A DNA stretch of 64,000 nt from the human T2T-CHM13v2.0 reference genome, Homo sapiens: assembly GCF_009914755.1 (NCBI RefSeq), contig NC_060938.1; one strand, given 5' to 3'. Below the pieces are notes generated by a model. That model was not told where the DNA came from and did not search any database. It worked only from the letters and a program-made list of their open reading frames with translations. Made by a program: the position numbers and the translations under genes. Below, piece after piece: positions 14,001 through 26,505 of this stretch (position 1 is its first letter; each line of letters starts with the position of its first letter).

Positions 14001-14537
14001 CTGGCGATGGCGCTGGCCCGGGAGGCCTGAGGAAGCGAGCTGGGGAGAGGGAAGCCTGGCACAGGTGGTGGCAAAGGGTCCCCTGGCTGCCCTTTCTGGT
14101 CTGGGGTCAGGTCATTCCCCCACCCGGATAAGCACTTGGAAGGTGGTCCTGAAGTAAGAAACCAGGCCACTGCAGGTCTTCAAAGCCCCAAGCAGCAGGA
14201 ATACCCAAAAAAGCCCCCAAAAGTACTGGTTCTACTAGATGGAGGGAAGAGGCCAAGCTAGGAGCAGCCTTGGGCAAGGCTGACAAAAAGGATGGCCTGA
14301 GCTCCTACAGCTTCCCCAAGTTCCTCCGGGGTCTCCGAGCACCATGGATGTGAACCAACTGCTTCACCTCATATGTGGGTAAACTGAGGCCTGGGGAGAC
14401 TGGTCAGAGACTGAGGCAGAAAGAAAATAATCAGGAGGAAGAAGTCCAGGAAGCAGATGTTTTCATGAAAACATCGACCCAACCCTAAAGCCCTCATATA
14501 AACAAAAAACAGCTTCAGGAAAGAGGCCCAAGCAGTG

Positions 14538-14713
14538 TCAACAGAGTAAGCCCTGAGGACAGCAGGCAGGGGTGAGCACAGAGCCACGGCCCAGATCAAC
14601 AGAGTGAGCCCTGAGGACAGCAGGCAGCGGGGAGCACACAGCCACGGCAGGGATCAACAGAGTGAGCCCTGAGGACAGCAGGCAGGGGGGAGCACACAGC
14701 CACGGCCCAGATC
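14538..14713. repeat. Tandem repeat, 3 x 58 bp
   Basis: TCAACAGAGTGAGCCCTGAGGACAGCAGGCAG... starts at 14538, 14596 and 14654. Confidence 0.95.
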
Positions 14714-14813
14714 CGCCAGACAACAGACACAGCCAGGACGGCTGGGCGCCCAGGGTAACCAGCACCCGCAGAACGCTGTTGGATTTTACTCGACTCTATG
14801 CCTTTGTGTTCTG

Positions 14814-14917
14814 TGTGGAGCTTCCCGACCACGAACGTGCATTCAGTTGTGGAGCTTCCCGACCACGAACGTGCATTCGGTTGTGGAGCCTCCCGACCAC
14901 GAACGTGCATTCAGTTG
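14814..14917. repeat. Tandem repeat, 3 x 34 bp
   Basis: TGTGGAGCTTCCCGACCACGAACGTGCATTCAGT starts at 14814, 14848 and 14882. Confidence 0.95.
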
Positions 14918-17092
14918 ATCTATTTTTATTTTTTAAAGGCTTCAGGCAGGAGCCTCACCAACTCTCCTACCTGGATTCTTCATCTTTCCTGAGTCATGGA
15001 CCACTTTGGGCTCTGATTAGAGCTGCGGTCCCTATTCCAGGAAAAATGCAGGACTGCACAGTCATTTTGGGGGTTCAGGGGTCCCAGTTAAGGAGTCTGT
15101 AGATGCACTGGCTGATGGGTTGCAGAGGCCACTGCCCATGTGACCACTGCAGAGAGGAGGACAGGCTGCTGAGAGGAAGCAGGGGCTGCTATGGGGCCAT
15201 GGGCGGCCCTGAGCTGGCCCAGGTATCTGCCTTCTGTCATGATCCCCAAAATAAAGCAACAGCCAGGAGGATCCCGCCACTGCCTACACCCCTGCCTGCA
15301 CCCAGGGGTTCCAAGAGCCCAAGTGACCCCCTCCACCGCAGCCACGCCCACGGCGCATTTGCTGCAGGCAGGAGGGCAGACCCCGGGGATGGCTGCTCTC
15401 CCTCTGCCTCCTTCCTGCTCAGAGGTTGGGTTGCACCAAACAAGAGGTCTTTTCATCCAGGGTTTCGCACAACATTTCAGCACCACACACTTCACAGCAG
15501 ATCATGTTGCCCACACCAGACCAGCACTCATGGGGGACAAGCTTTTAACTCGGTGGAGAGGGATTAGAGTCTCTGCAGATCAGAGCAGCCCTGGGCTGGG
15601 GACGCCAGCAAAAGGGTGGGGAGCATCCCAAGGCCTCCTGACCACTCCTGGGGTCCTCCAAACTCCTAGTCTTGGGGACTACCCTCCAGGGTGGGGGCAC
15701 CAGCAGGAGGGCAGGCAGCATCCCGAGGGCCTCCTGACCATACTCCCTGCGCTGTTCCATCCAACCTGTCAGCAGGAGGAATGTGACAGGGCAGAGCTGG
15801 AGCAGGCAGAGGCATTGGTGGCAGGCTCACCAGAAACCCTCAGCTGATGGGGACAGCTCAGCAAAAAAGGAGCGGCAGGAGAAGACTGGGAGGCCTGATG
15901 GGTTGTCGGGGGTACCGGGGGCCTCCAGGGCCATTGACAGCAGAGACCCCCTTGCCTGCCACAGCTCCCCCTACCATCAACACTGCCATTGCATTTCCAG
16001 AATAAGGCAGTTTGGAAAGGTCTCCTTTCTTCCTGGTGGTCTAGTGGCTTAAAAGAAGAAAAAAAGAAACCAGAAGGGGCTTTCACGTGACCTTCCCAAC
16101 CAACAAGGTAGGGGAAGCCTCTGTTTATGGAGGAAGCAAGTGTCCCAGCCAAGTCCTAGCAGGGGACAGGTTGGGAGCTGGGCTGGGGTCAGTCTGACCC
16201 AGGTCCAGTCTCCCGGTGCACTCTGCTGCTGTAATCACACTGATGCCACCCTGATGCCCCCCAACCCCCAACCAACACACCAGAGGCTCGATGAGTCATG
16301 ACAGGAAAGCACCACAAGGCTGCAGTGAGCAGGGGCCAAGCCCAGAGTCAGAGCCTCAGCTGCAGTGCTAATGGCCTTATCCGCCAGGGACGGCCAGAGT
16401 AATGGCCGGCAGCTGGACACGGCGGCTCATTTAACCCCAAGAGGCACCTGCCTGCCACAGCCGCTGCCAAGGGAAGACGGCAGCACAGAGGACAGGAGGG
16501 GAGGATGCTCAAAGCCCTAGTGACAAGGCCAGGGCAGTCTGCAGCCTCCCTGGGAGGGAGGGGGTGCCTCGCTGGCCGATGTCCAATCTGCCCCCACCCC
16601 ACCGTTTAAAAGCCACGTTCTTTGTTTTCTGATCCTGAAGCCTTTGCGGCCTCATTTCGAGAACAAGGTGCTGGCGGCTGGGAACCAGTTGGCTGGGTTC
16701 TGCCGGGGAGACCCCTGGAGCTGTGCAGCCCTCTCTGGGCTTACGTTTCCTGCCAAGACACGTGGACCCCCACATGCGCCCGCTCAAGGCTACCAGCCTC
16801 TTCTGTGTGGGCAGGCCTTGCACCTACAGCCGCAGGACATCCTCCAAGAGCCTGGCCTGGGGCTGCGGAGGCTCCCACGGCTCCCACGGCTCCCACGGAT
16901 GCTGAGTGCGCGAGGGCTGCAGGTCCCACATCCTGTAGTCCAGCCAGCTGCAAAGGCTGCCCTGCACCTCAGAGGAAGGGCAGGATTTCAATCTGCGCAG
17001 GAGGCAGGACGGGGGGGCCACCTGAGGGCCTGCAATGTGCCTTCTGCACGGCAAGTGGTCCTGGGGCCACAACTCCAGGGCCAGGGTGGTAA

Positions 17093-17503
<411 letters not shown>

Positions 17504-20500
17504 TAGGAGTCACAAAGCCCAAGGAAGAATCGTCTAGACCAGGGCTTCCCAGCGGAATTCCCTTTATGATGGAATTTTCCCCATCTCGCTGTCAGCACGG
17601 TACTAGCCCATGCGAAGGCAGGGTGGTCGGTACAGCTGCATGTCATTTAATTGTAATGAAAGTGAATTGAAGCAGCTACATATGGCTAGTGGACACCACT
17701 CGGGGTTAGAGCCAGGAAACCTTGACTCTGAGGGGTCGTGGGTTAGGCAGGGGAGCAGGAGTGCAGGGGAGAGAGGAAGGGACCCAAACCCAGAAGACAC
17801 AAGGTGAATAGCATAGTCACCAGCAGCAATCTGGACACCTGAGCCTCAAGGCCAGGAGCAAGAGGTAGGGAGAGACTGCTCAGCCCAGCCCAGGGCGATG
17901 TTTTCCCTCTGGGCAGGAGGGGCTGGAGAGAGTGCTGGAAGTTGCTCAAAGAGGTCCTAGGTGACCAGCACACCACCCCATTCTGGAAGACAATCCCAGG
18001 GGGAAATCAGATGCCACCAGGAAGTTGAGATGAGAAGAGGCTGCTGGACAGAGCCAGAGCCACCATTCTCAGGGTTTGGGATTGCCCAGGGCCAAGGAGC
18101 AAACATGGGGAAGGAGGTGGCCTCAGCCTCTAGGGTTTATCCTCTGGCAAAGGGAGGAAGGCCAAGGGGCAGAGCAGTAGACAGGAGGGGCTCTGTGTTG
18201 CTTTGGACCAGGAAACGTGAGCCTGTTTGTGGGGAAGGAGCCAGAGGACAGACCCAAAAGGAACAAGAGAAAGGAGACAATGGCGGAAGCGGAGGGAGGT
18301 CCCCCAGGAGGGGCTGGGCAAAGGCGAGGGGGAGAAGAGGGGAGCCTTCCCCTGCCAGCCAGGACAGAAGGTGCCGAAAGAGGGAGAAACTAGCTTCTTA
18401 ATTTTCTGGAGAAAGGGTGGCTGGGTGGGGGGAGCGTCCCATTGTTCCACCAGCCGCTGAGGGATATTAAGCAGCCGGGAAACAGAGCCTTGGCATGGGC
18501 AGTGTGGCCGGAACCCGCCACAAAGGGCCACTCCCAGAGCGGGCTCATTAGGGAGCCGGGCCGGTGCCGTGCGCGGTGACAGGCGGGCGCATTCAGGGCC
18601 CCACACAATCGGGCCCTTGTGGCGGGCGGGGGAGCACCGCGCTCAAAGGAGCCTCTGATTCCTAGACAAGAGCGGGCCTCCTTCTTGCCTTACAACCTGG
18701 GAGCCAACGGAAAGACAGATTTGGGAAGACAAAGAGATGCTTCCCCTGACAGTGGATGGTCTATTTTTGGAAATGGGTCGACTCTTCTCCATAGCTGCCG
18801 TTTCGGTGCCACCGGCCCTGCCTGCCTCTGTCCCCTTCAAAACAGCCTAGAAAGGCCTCTGCCTCACCTGTCCAGCCCTGCGAAAGTGGGGTGGCGGAGG
18901 CAGCCACCTCCATGGGGATGCCTGGCAGCTGATTCGAGCTCCTGGGGCAGGGAGGTAGGGGTGCAAGCCAGGGTGCATCCAGGGCCCAAAATGGCATTCC
19001 ACAGCCTCGCCAAAGCCATCTCTCCGGCGTCTGTGCAGCACAGGTCAGCGAGGGGGCAACACAGGCAGGGCCGTTTACTCCTCACTGCTAACGTGAACTG
19101 ACACCAGTCTCCCAACCCTGGCCAGCCAGGCTCTGTGGTGCCCAGTGTGGGCGCATCCTCGCCCCTAGCTGGCCTGCTGGAAGGGCCCATGGCTGTTCTC
19201 CGGGATCCTGGCTCTGGCCACCCAGCAGAACCTCCAGAGCCTTCACAGCCTCCAATGACACCAGGACCAACTGCACCCATCTCTGGGGCTGGGCACGGGC
19301 ACTGGTATTTTTTAAAGTTTTCTAAGTGATAGCTAATATACAGCCACAATTAGGAACCACTGGTGAAAGCCAAAAGGTATATATTTTAGTAATTATTCAG
19401 GGGAAATGGGGAAGGTGGGGTTGTGTAAATCACCACCCTCTTGGGGAGGTTTGATTTTGCTGGGGGTGGGGGCGGGGGGCGGGGAGTAACTTATTTAACT
19501 CGGTGCCAAGTGTACAAATGAGAAAAGAAGGACAGGTGGGCAAAGTGGGTCAACCACTATCTGGCACCTGGTCAGTCCTTCCGGGACTGTTCACTCCTCC
19601 CTCCAACACTGACTATGCATTGCAACAACATTCTGGACTGGGAGAGAGACAGGACAGCAAGCAGAGGAACCTCGAGTCCAGGAACATGCAGCCTTGTCCC
19701 CAGCAAACCTGCACCAGGAATTGAAGCTCAGTGTTCTCCTCTTGCACTAAACCCCTTACTGAGTCCTTTAAGCAGAGGCAATCAGATAGGGGAGGCAGGT
19801 ACTTCCACTGGGGCCCTGCAGGAGGGGAGGCTGGCCTGGGCCAGGGTCTCAGCCTCAAACAGCGTTTAGACAGGTCACCATCTCTAGGCCCCACAGTGGG
19901 ACCCATGTGGTCACAGGCAGCCTCACCATCCCCACACCTGCCCCAAGGCAAGGACCAACCACGAGGCAGGTGATAAAACCCAGGCTGTAGGGCATAGGAA
20001 GAGAATTCCCAGGAATATAAAAGAGCTGGCTCATAGGACCACTGAGTGACCGATAGGAGGCAGGATGGGCAGGGGAGGCCACCCCTTCCTTGTGGCTCTG
20101 AGTCAAAGGGCCAGAAGAGATGAGGGTCCCTGGGACTCTCAGCTCAGCCCATCCAAGCTTCCTATTTTACAGATGGGAAAATGAGGGCCCAGGGAGAGGC
20201 ACAGACTTACACATGGTTGGGTCTCAAGTGGGCTGAAGCCACTGGTTCTGTCTGGATCGTCCAATCCACAGAACACTAGTAATCTTCCAAGACCCCCAGG
20301 CAGGGAGCATGTCAGCTGACAAGGCCACTCAGGCCCAGCAGGTGATGTGTCTGCATATTTATCAGGTGGGGAGCAGGGGAAAGATGGGGATAAGCTGTAA
20401 AAAGTTTCCAGTTTCTAATAGGACTTCTAACAGGTAACTCTGGGTCCTCTTGGAAAGTCCATCAGAAAAGGTTAGAGCTAGAACTGCCCACACCCCGAAG

Positions 20501-20666
20501 GAAAGCCCAACCTAGGGACTTCAGGGACAGTAGAAGAGGCTTCAAAGACCCCACCTGCCCTGGCCTTGCTCACTGCCCCAGTGCTTGTCCTGGGTCCCCA
20601 CTCATCCATCACCCCAGCTGAACCCAAGGTGCAGGCAAATGCCCACCGCATGACTTTGCTCGGCTC

Positions 20667-20943
<277 letters not shown>

Positions 20944-21700
20944 TGTTCTTTCTGCGAAGCCTGGTCTCTCTTCTTACCTGCTCTCTTCTGCTTTTACTAA
21001 CTCCATCTTCAAGGCCCATCTCAGTTCCCAATTCGGCCACCCCTCCTCTGAGCTCCCAGCACACCTGAAGAGGTTAAGAGCCCAACCTGGGCATTTCCTT
21101 GAGGGAAAGGGGCATGATGAATAATCACACCCACAGGGCAAGGGAACCGGGACATACCGGCTGGCACAGGCTCCGGGTTCAACTGGACGGGAGTCCCTGA
21201 CCTGGCCCAGCCCCACCCTGCCCCTGCTGTAACTTGCCTCACCATCCTGGGCCTGTTCCTTAGATGAAACAGGGACCCCAATGGGGACCAGCAACTGTTG
21301 TGGGAGGCGAGTGAGAGAAAACCCAGTTGCTGTCAGCACAGTGCCAGGCACACGTTTGTTCCATCCAAAAGACTTTCAGAACCTGCCACTCTGTGCCAAG
21401 GCTGGGAGTCAAGAGGACCAGAGTCCCAGGCTCATAAACTCCCAGATGAACAGACAGTAATGACAGAGGGCCCCAGGTGGGCAGGGAGGGCTCCAGCACC
21501 CATGTGGCTGGCCCTGGGGTGGGCCCCTGTCTTTCTCAAGTCTCTTAGTGCCTTAGGACTCTGTGAAGTTTGCTCAGGGGTTTCCGGCTCTCCCGGGCCT
21601 GGCATTTGTTCCACTCTCAGATACCATCAGCCGCAGACACAGTCTACTCAAGGGCTTTTCCAGGGGCAGAGAGGGGAAGACCTGCCAGCAAATGTCCACA

Positions 21701-22863
21701 TGGGTTCTAAGACACGCCCCATATTACAACTGGGAAGGGAAAATGCCCAGCTTTGAACTGAGGAAATGGCAGAATGTCTCTGCCGTTGAGGAATCAGGAA
21801 GAAGGAAAGGGAATCAGACCCTCGCTTCCTCCCCAGGGCCATCTACTGTAGTTAAACATGCTCCACGCCTCTGTTTGAACAGTACACATAAGGCAAACCC
21901 AAGAACACTTACAGGCAGTCAATACAATCCTGATCTTTCTGCTCTGCTCCCCTCAAGAGCTGGAGGTCAGCGGTGACCTGCTGAAGAACAGGCACCCATC
22001 CCCGGGTGACCCGGCTCCAGGCCTGCCCAGAACCCTCTGCCTGTGAGGACAGGGGATGTATGAGTGTCCAATCCTGGGTGCTTGCCTAGGGGAGGGGGAC
22101 CATTTCTGACATGTTATGATCAAAGAAGCATCAAGTCCCTTTAGCAGACAAGTTTGTTCCTCTATCCCCAAGCCTTTGGGGATGCCAACAGAGTCTCTTG
22201 TTGTTATGTAGCAGGGAGATGAGAATTCTGAACCCCAGAGTGGTCCCTGCCTAGATCCCAGACGCTGATCCCAACCACCCTAGATGTAGGGATGGGAGTA
22301 GCGGGGAGCAGCATCAGCGCTGGGGATGGAGGGCACAGCAGCCACCTGGGAGCGGCAGCATCTCCCACAGGCGCTGTCCTGCCTGAGCCCCACCCAAGAG
22401 CTCAGGACGCCTGCCCTAGAGGACAGAGGTCATGAGAAGGCAGATAGCAGCTGAGAGCAGGACTTTGGAGCAGACTCACCAGGTCTGGAACCTACAGAAG
22501 GCTCTCTCCTGTGGCCACTCTCCTGGCCAGAACCTCCTCCCGATGGAAGCCCTCAGCTTCCACCCACTGCTCCCCCAGCCCAGCCCACACCACAGTGGTC
22601 ACCAGAGTGATGTTCCAGAACCACCACCCCCCAAGCCAGACTCCAAGAATCACTGCTCAGGAGGCACTCAGACCTCAGAGGCAGTAAATGCTCAGTGAAG
22701 TCCGCAGACGCTTCCCTTCCTCCTGAAGAGCAAATTACCACCTGTGAGGTCAAGTCCCGCTTCCCACCTGGCTCTGGGTTCAACCAGATTGGGTTGAACA
22801 CACACATTCAAAGCTGGGCATTTTCCCTTCCCAGTTGTAATGTGGGGCGTGTCTTAGAACCCA
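21701..22863. repeat. 57-bp inverted repeat pair (21701-21757 and 22807-22863)
   Basis: The reverse complement of the left arm equals the right arm at 56/57 positions. Confidence 0.95.
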
Positions 22864-25049
22864 CATCTCAACCAGATTCCCAGAGCTGTCTGGGGTGTCC
22901 ACAAGCCCCATCCTCAGTGGATTCAGGAATGCCCCTTCTCAGTGTCCACGCAACCTCCCCTGACACAGCGCTCCCCAGCCCTGGAGGCAACACAGGCCAC
23001 CTGGGCCACTCTTGTTTGTGGGCACTGAAGTCTGAAAAGCTGGGACTTTGGGGTCTGCCCTGTGGGGCTGCCCACAGCACTAACCCCCCTAAGAGCTATC
23101 TCCCCACACACATCCTGGGTCCACCTTGCAGGCCCCGGATTCTCAATGCCATGCTCCAGACCCCACTTCCAAACCTTAGCCATTCTTATTCCTGCCTGGA
23201 ATGCTGGCTCCCTCCATTCAACTAGATGAGGACTCAGCTGCCTCCGACCCTACACTGGGTACCAGCGTGTGTCAGGGGATCTCCCACTCCCACCCAGGGA
23301 AGGCAAATCCGCAGAGGCCAGGAAATAATGAAAGGACATGGAACCCATCCTTTAAGGCCCAGTTCTAGGATCGAGACATTATTAGCCTCAGGATATAGAT
23401 GAAGAAACTGAGGCTTAGAGGTTCAGTAAGCTGCCACGGCCATAAAGCAGGTGGCAAAGCCAAGATTCACCCAGGGCTCTCTGACCCTGGAGGCAGATCA
23501 CTAACCAGAGGGCTACATGCCCCTCGGCATGCGGGGTGCCGAGCGCTGCAGCGGGAGATGGGGCCTTCGCACATCAGGGGCTGCCACCCGCCAGAGGCTA
23601 CACGTATCACTCACTACACACCCTCCTCCCTCAACCCAAAGGTTAGTAACATTTTCCCACTTGGCAAAAGAGAAAACAGAGGCCCATGGAGGCTCAGGAA
23701 CTTGCTTAACAGACTTCCAATTCTCTGCGCAAATGAAGGCAACAAGCATGGATTGGAAAATCCCCACCGGCGGAAAACGGATTAGGAGCAACCACTGATT
23801 TCCTTCTGTATCACGTGCTGGTCCTGGGAACTCAGAGGCCAGGCCTGAGCAAGAGGTCTGGTGGGGCGACTGCTGCGGTGGCAAGCCAGCCTCGTGCAGA
23901 GAAGTGAGGGAAGGAGAAACCAAGAGATGGGGAGCCACAGCCATCGTAGGGAAGGTGGCCCACCCTGCACCGCCTTCCCCCACTCCTCCATGCCAGGACA
24001 CAGGGAGACAGGAATGAGGCCCCGGGCCTGGCATCCTGGGAGGAGATGCCCTGTCTCTGTGGCAGAGGTCACCGCTCCCCTGGAACTCTCTGGGCAGCAG
24101 GCACAGGGCCATGGGCTCAGAATTCTGACACAGGAGACCCAAGACGCATCCCAGGCCCCCCAATCAGCCCCACAGGACCTAGAGCAAGTCACCGCACCAC
24201 CACTCCAAGCCCTGATTTCCCCATCTAAGATATGGAGATGCTAAGGTCTCCCTCCTGGGACCATTTGGAAGCTCTGAACAGAATGGAATTGGGACTGGGA
24301 TGCTGTTTGTGGCAAACTGTGAAGCACTGGGCACAGTTTACCCACCCCTGGGTCACCTGCCTGGGAGCCTCTCAAGGCCAGCCCTCCTTTCTGAGGCCCA
24401 GCATCCCAAGGCCATTGATGGATCCCTTGGGACAGGCTGGGGAAGGAGGGGGAAAGGCTTATCTAACCCACCCCATTGTCTTCACTGACCTTTGTTCCTG
24501 AGCTTGGCTGGGTTTAGGAAAAGCAGCCTTATTAGCCGAGCTGCTGCACAGAAAAGACCTATTCAGAGTTAGCGTGCTCTGTCTTTTTCTAAAGGCCCAG
24601 ACCACCCCGTTCCATCCTCCCTCTTAAACCAACAAAAACACAAGCAGGAGAACAAACCTGTCTCATTTTGAGAAGCTCAAAATTTTAATCCGAACTTTAA
24701 AAAGTAAATGGGGCTCATGCACAGGCTTGCTAGAATCCTAGTTCCTCCAGGTTGGCTAAAGGGGAGTGGACCGTGGAGGAGCAGGTTATCAGGGGAGGGA
24801 AGGAAATGCCTGGCAATGGGCAGGAGGGGGGCATGGTGCCTGTCGTGGGGCACAGGAGACAGGCGGAGGGGCAGCTGGAAAAAGAACTGAAAATTCTTTT
24901 GTTTGAAAATCCTATCAGTTCATGAAGGAGAACCTGACTTTCTGGTGTTGGGGTTTACCTGTCTCAGTGTGCCACACTGGACTAGAGCAACGCACACCCC
25001 AGTCCCAAGTCCAGTCAGCCCAGACCAGACCTCTACCAAAGGCAGCCAA

Positions 25050-25341
25050 GGCCAGGTGCAGTGGCTCACGTCTGTAATCCCAACACTTTGGGAGGCCAAG
25101 GCAGGAGGACTGCTTGAACCCAGGTGTTCGAGACCAGCCTGGGCAACATAGTGAGATCCAGTCTCTACAAAAAATTCAAAAATTATCTGGGCATGGTAGC
25201 ACACATCCCAGGAGGCCGAGGCAAGAGGATTACTTGAGCCCAGGAGGTTGAGGTTGCCGCGAGCCATGATGGTGCCATTGCACTCTAGCCTGGGTGACCA
25301 GAGAGACCCTGTCTCTAAATAAATAATAAATAAATAAATAA
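25050..25341 (+). mobile_element. AluJ
   Basis: Alu dimer with (TAAA)n tail. TSD approximately GCAGCCAA. Confidence 0.9.
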
Positions 25342-26322
25342 GCAGCCAAGGAGAAAAGCCTATTTGCATGTACATACACAATACACAGGCCCACCAGGCC
25401 AGCCTCAGCCAGGGCTGCCTTGCATACAGATGGGCCACCTCCCACCTCAGCCACTAGAGTCTGCCCAGGGCACCCAGCAGGGCTGCAACTGCCACCAGCT
25501 CCCCAGAAAGGACAGCAGGGCCACTGTCCTCACTAGCTCATCAGCAAGTGCTGCCACACAAGAGGCTCAGATGCAAACATTCAGGTGAGCTGTCTAAGCA
25601 GCAAGCACTTTTGAAGAGGAAACTGAGGTCTGTTGGGAGAGCCCCAAGGACCCTAACAACAGGAGAAACCTACTGTGTGTAGATCCTGACCTCACTCAAC
25701 CTTGTGTGAATAATGGGGCACTCTGGGTTCTGTCCATCTTACAGAAGAGGAGCACAGAGAGGCTTGGCCAGTTAATAACTTGCCCAGTATACATGGAGGA
25801 GCTGAGATTCAAACTCAAGTCACCCTGAGCCTCTGGGTAACGGGGTTATCAGCCATCTGCTCAATGGTCACTGATAAGGAAGTGACACTTCCCAGCATGG
25901 GAGAAAAAGGGCAAACCTGGGTCAGGAATCAAGAATAGGGAGTCACCAGTGTCCCCTGATTAACAGTAACAGCAAACATGACAACAGACCAAGGGCACAA
26001 CAGATTCAGACCCAAGGCCTGAACACGAGATGATCATGGCAGCAAACCCACCCAGGACAGGTACTTCCAATGTCAGCCACCTTCCCAGACAAGGCTAGGA
26101 ACCCCTCTAAGCCTCCACTTGCTTGTCTGTCAAATGGGGATAATACTGCTTCCCCAAGGGTTCCTGTGAGAAGAAGCAAAGACCAAACACATAAGGCGCA
26201 AGCCTGGTGTCTGACCCCACTTTAGACACCACCCAGACAGAGACTCATTATCTCCCTCAGCTCAGGCCCAATCTTTGCTCAATTTAAAGCTACAAGTCCC
26301 AGAATAGAAAAGCCCAGTTTCA

Positions 26323-26505
<183 letters not shown>

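Noticed and set aside
14814-14917. 34-bp repeats of CRISPR-like length
   Set aside because: Head-to-tail with no spacers, no cas genes, and human DNA.
16870-16898. (GGCTCCCAC)3 9-mer repeat inside a 237-aa ORF
   Set aside because: Trivial slippage repeat. The ORF ends in Alu sequence and has no coding signature.
21701-22863. 57-bp inverted repeats as terminal inverted repeats of a DNA transposon
   Set aside because: No convincing TSD outside the pair, near identity incompatible with ancient human DNA transposons, and the right copy has its own flanking 11-bp duplication.
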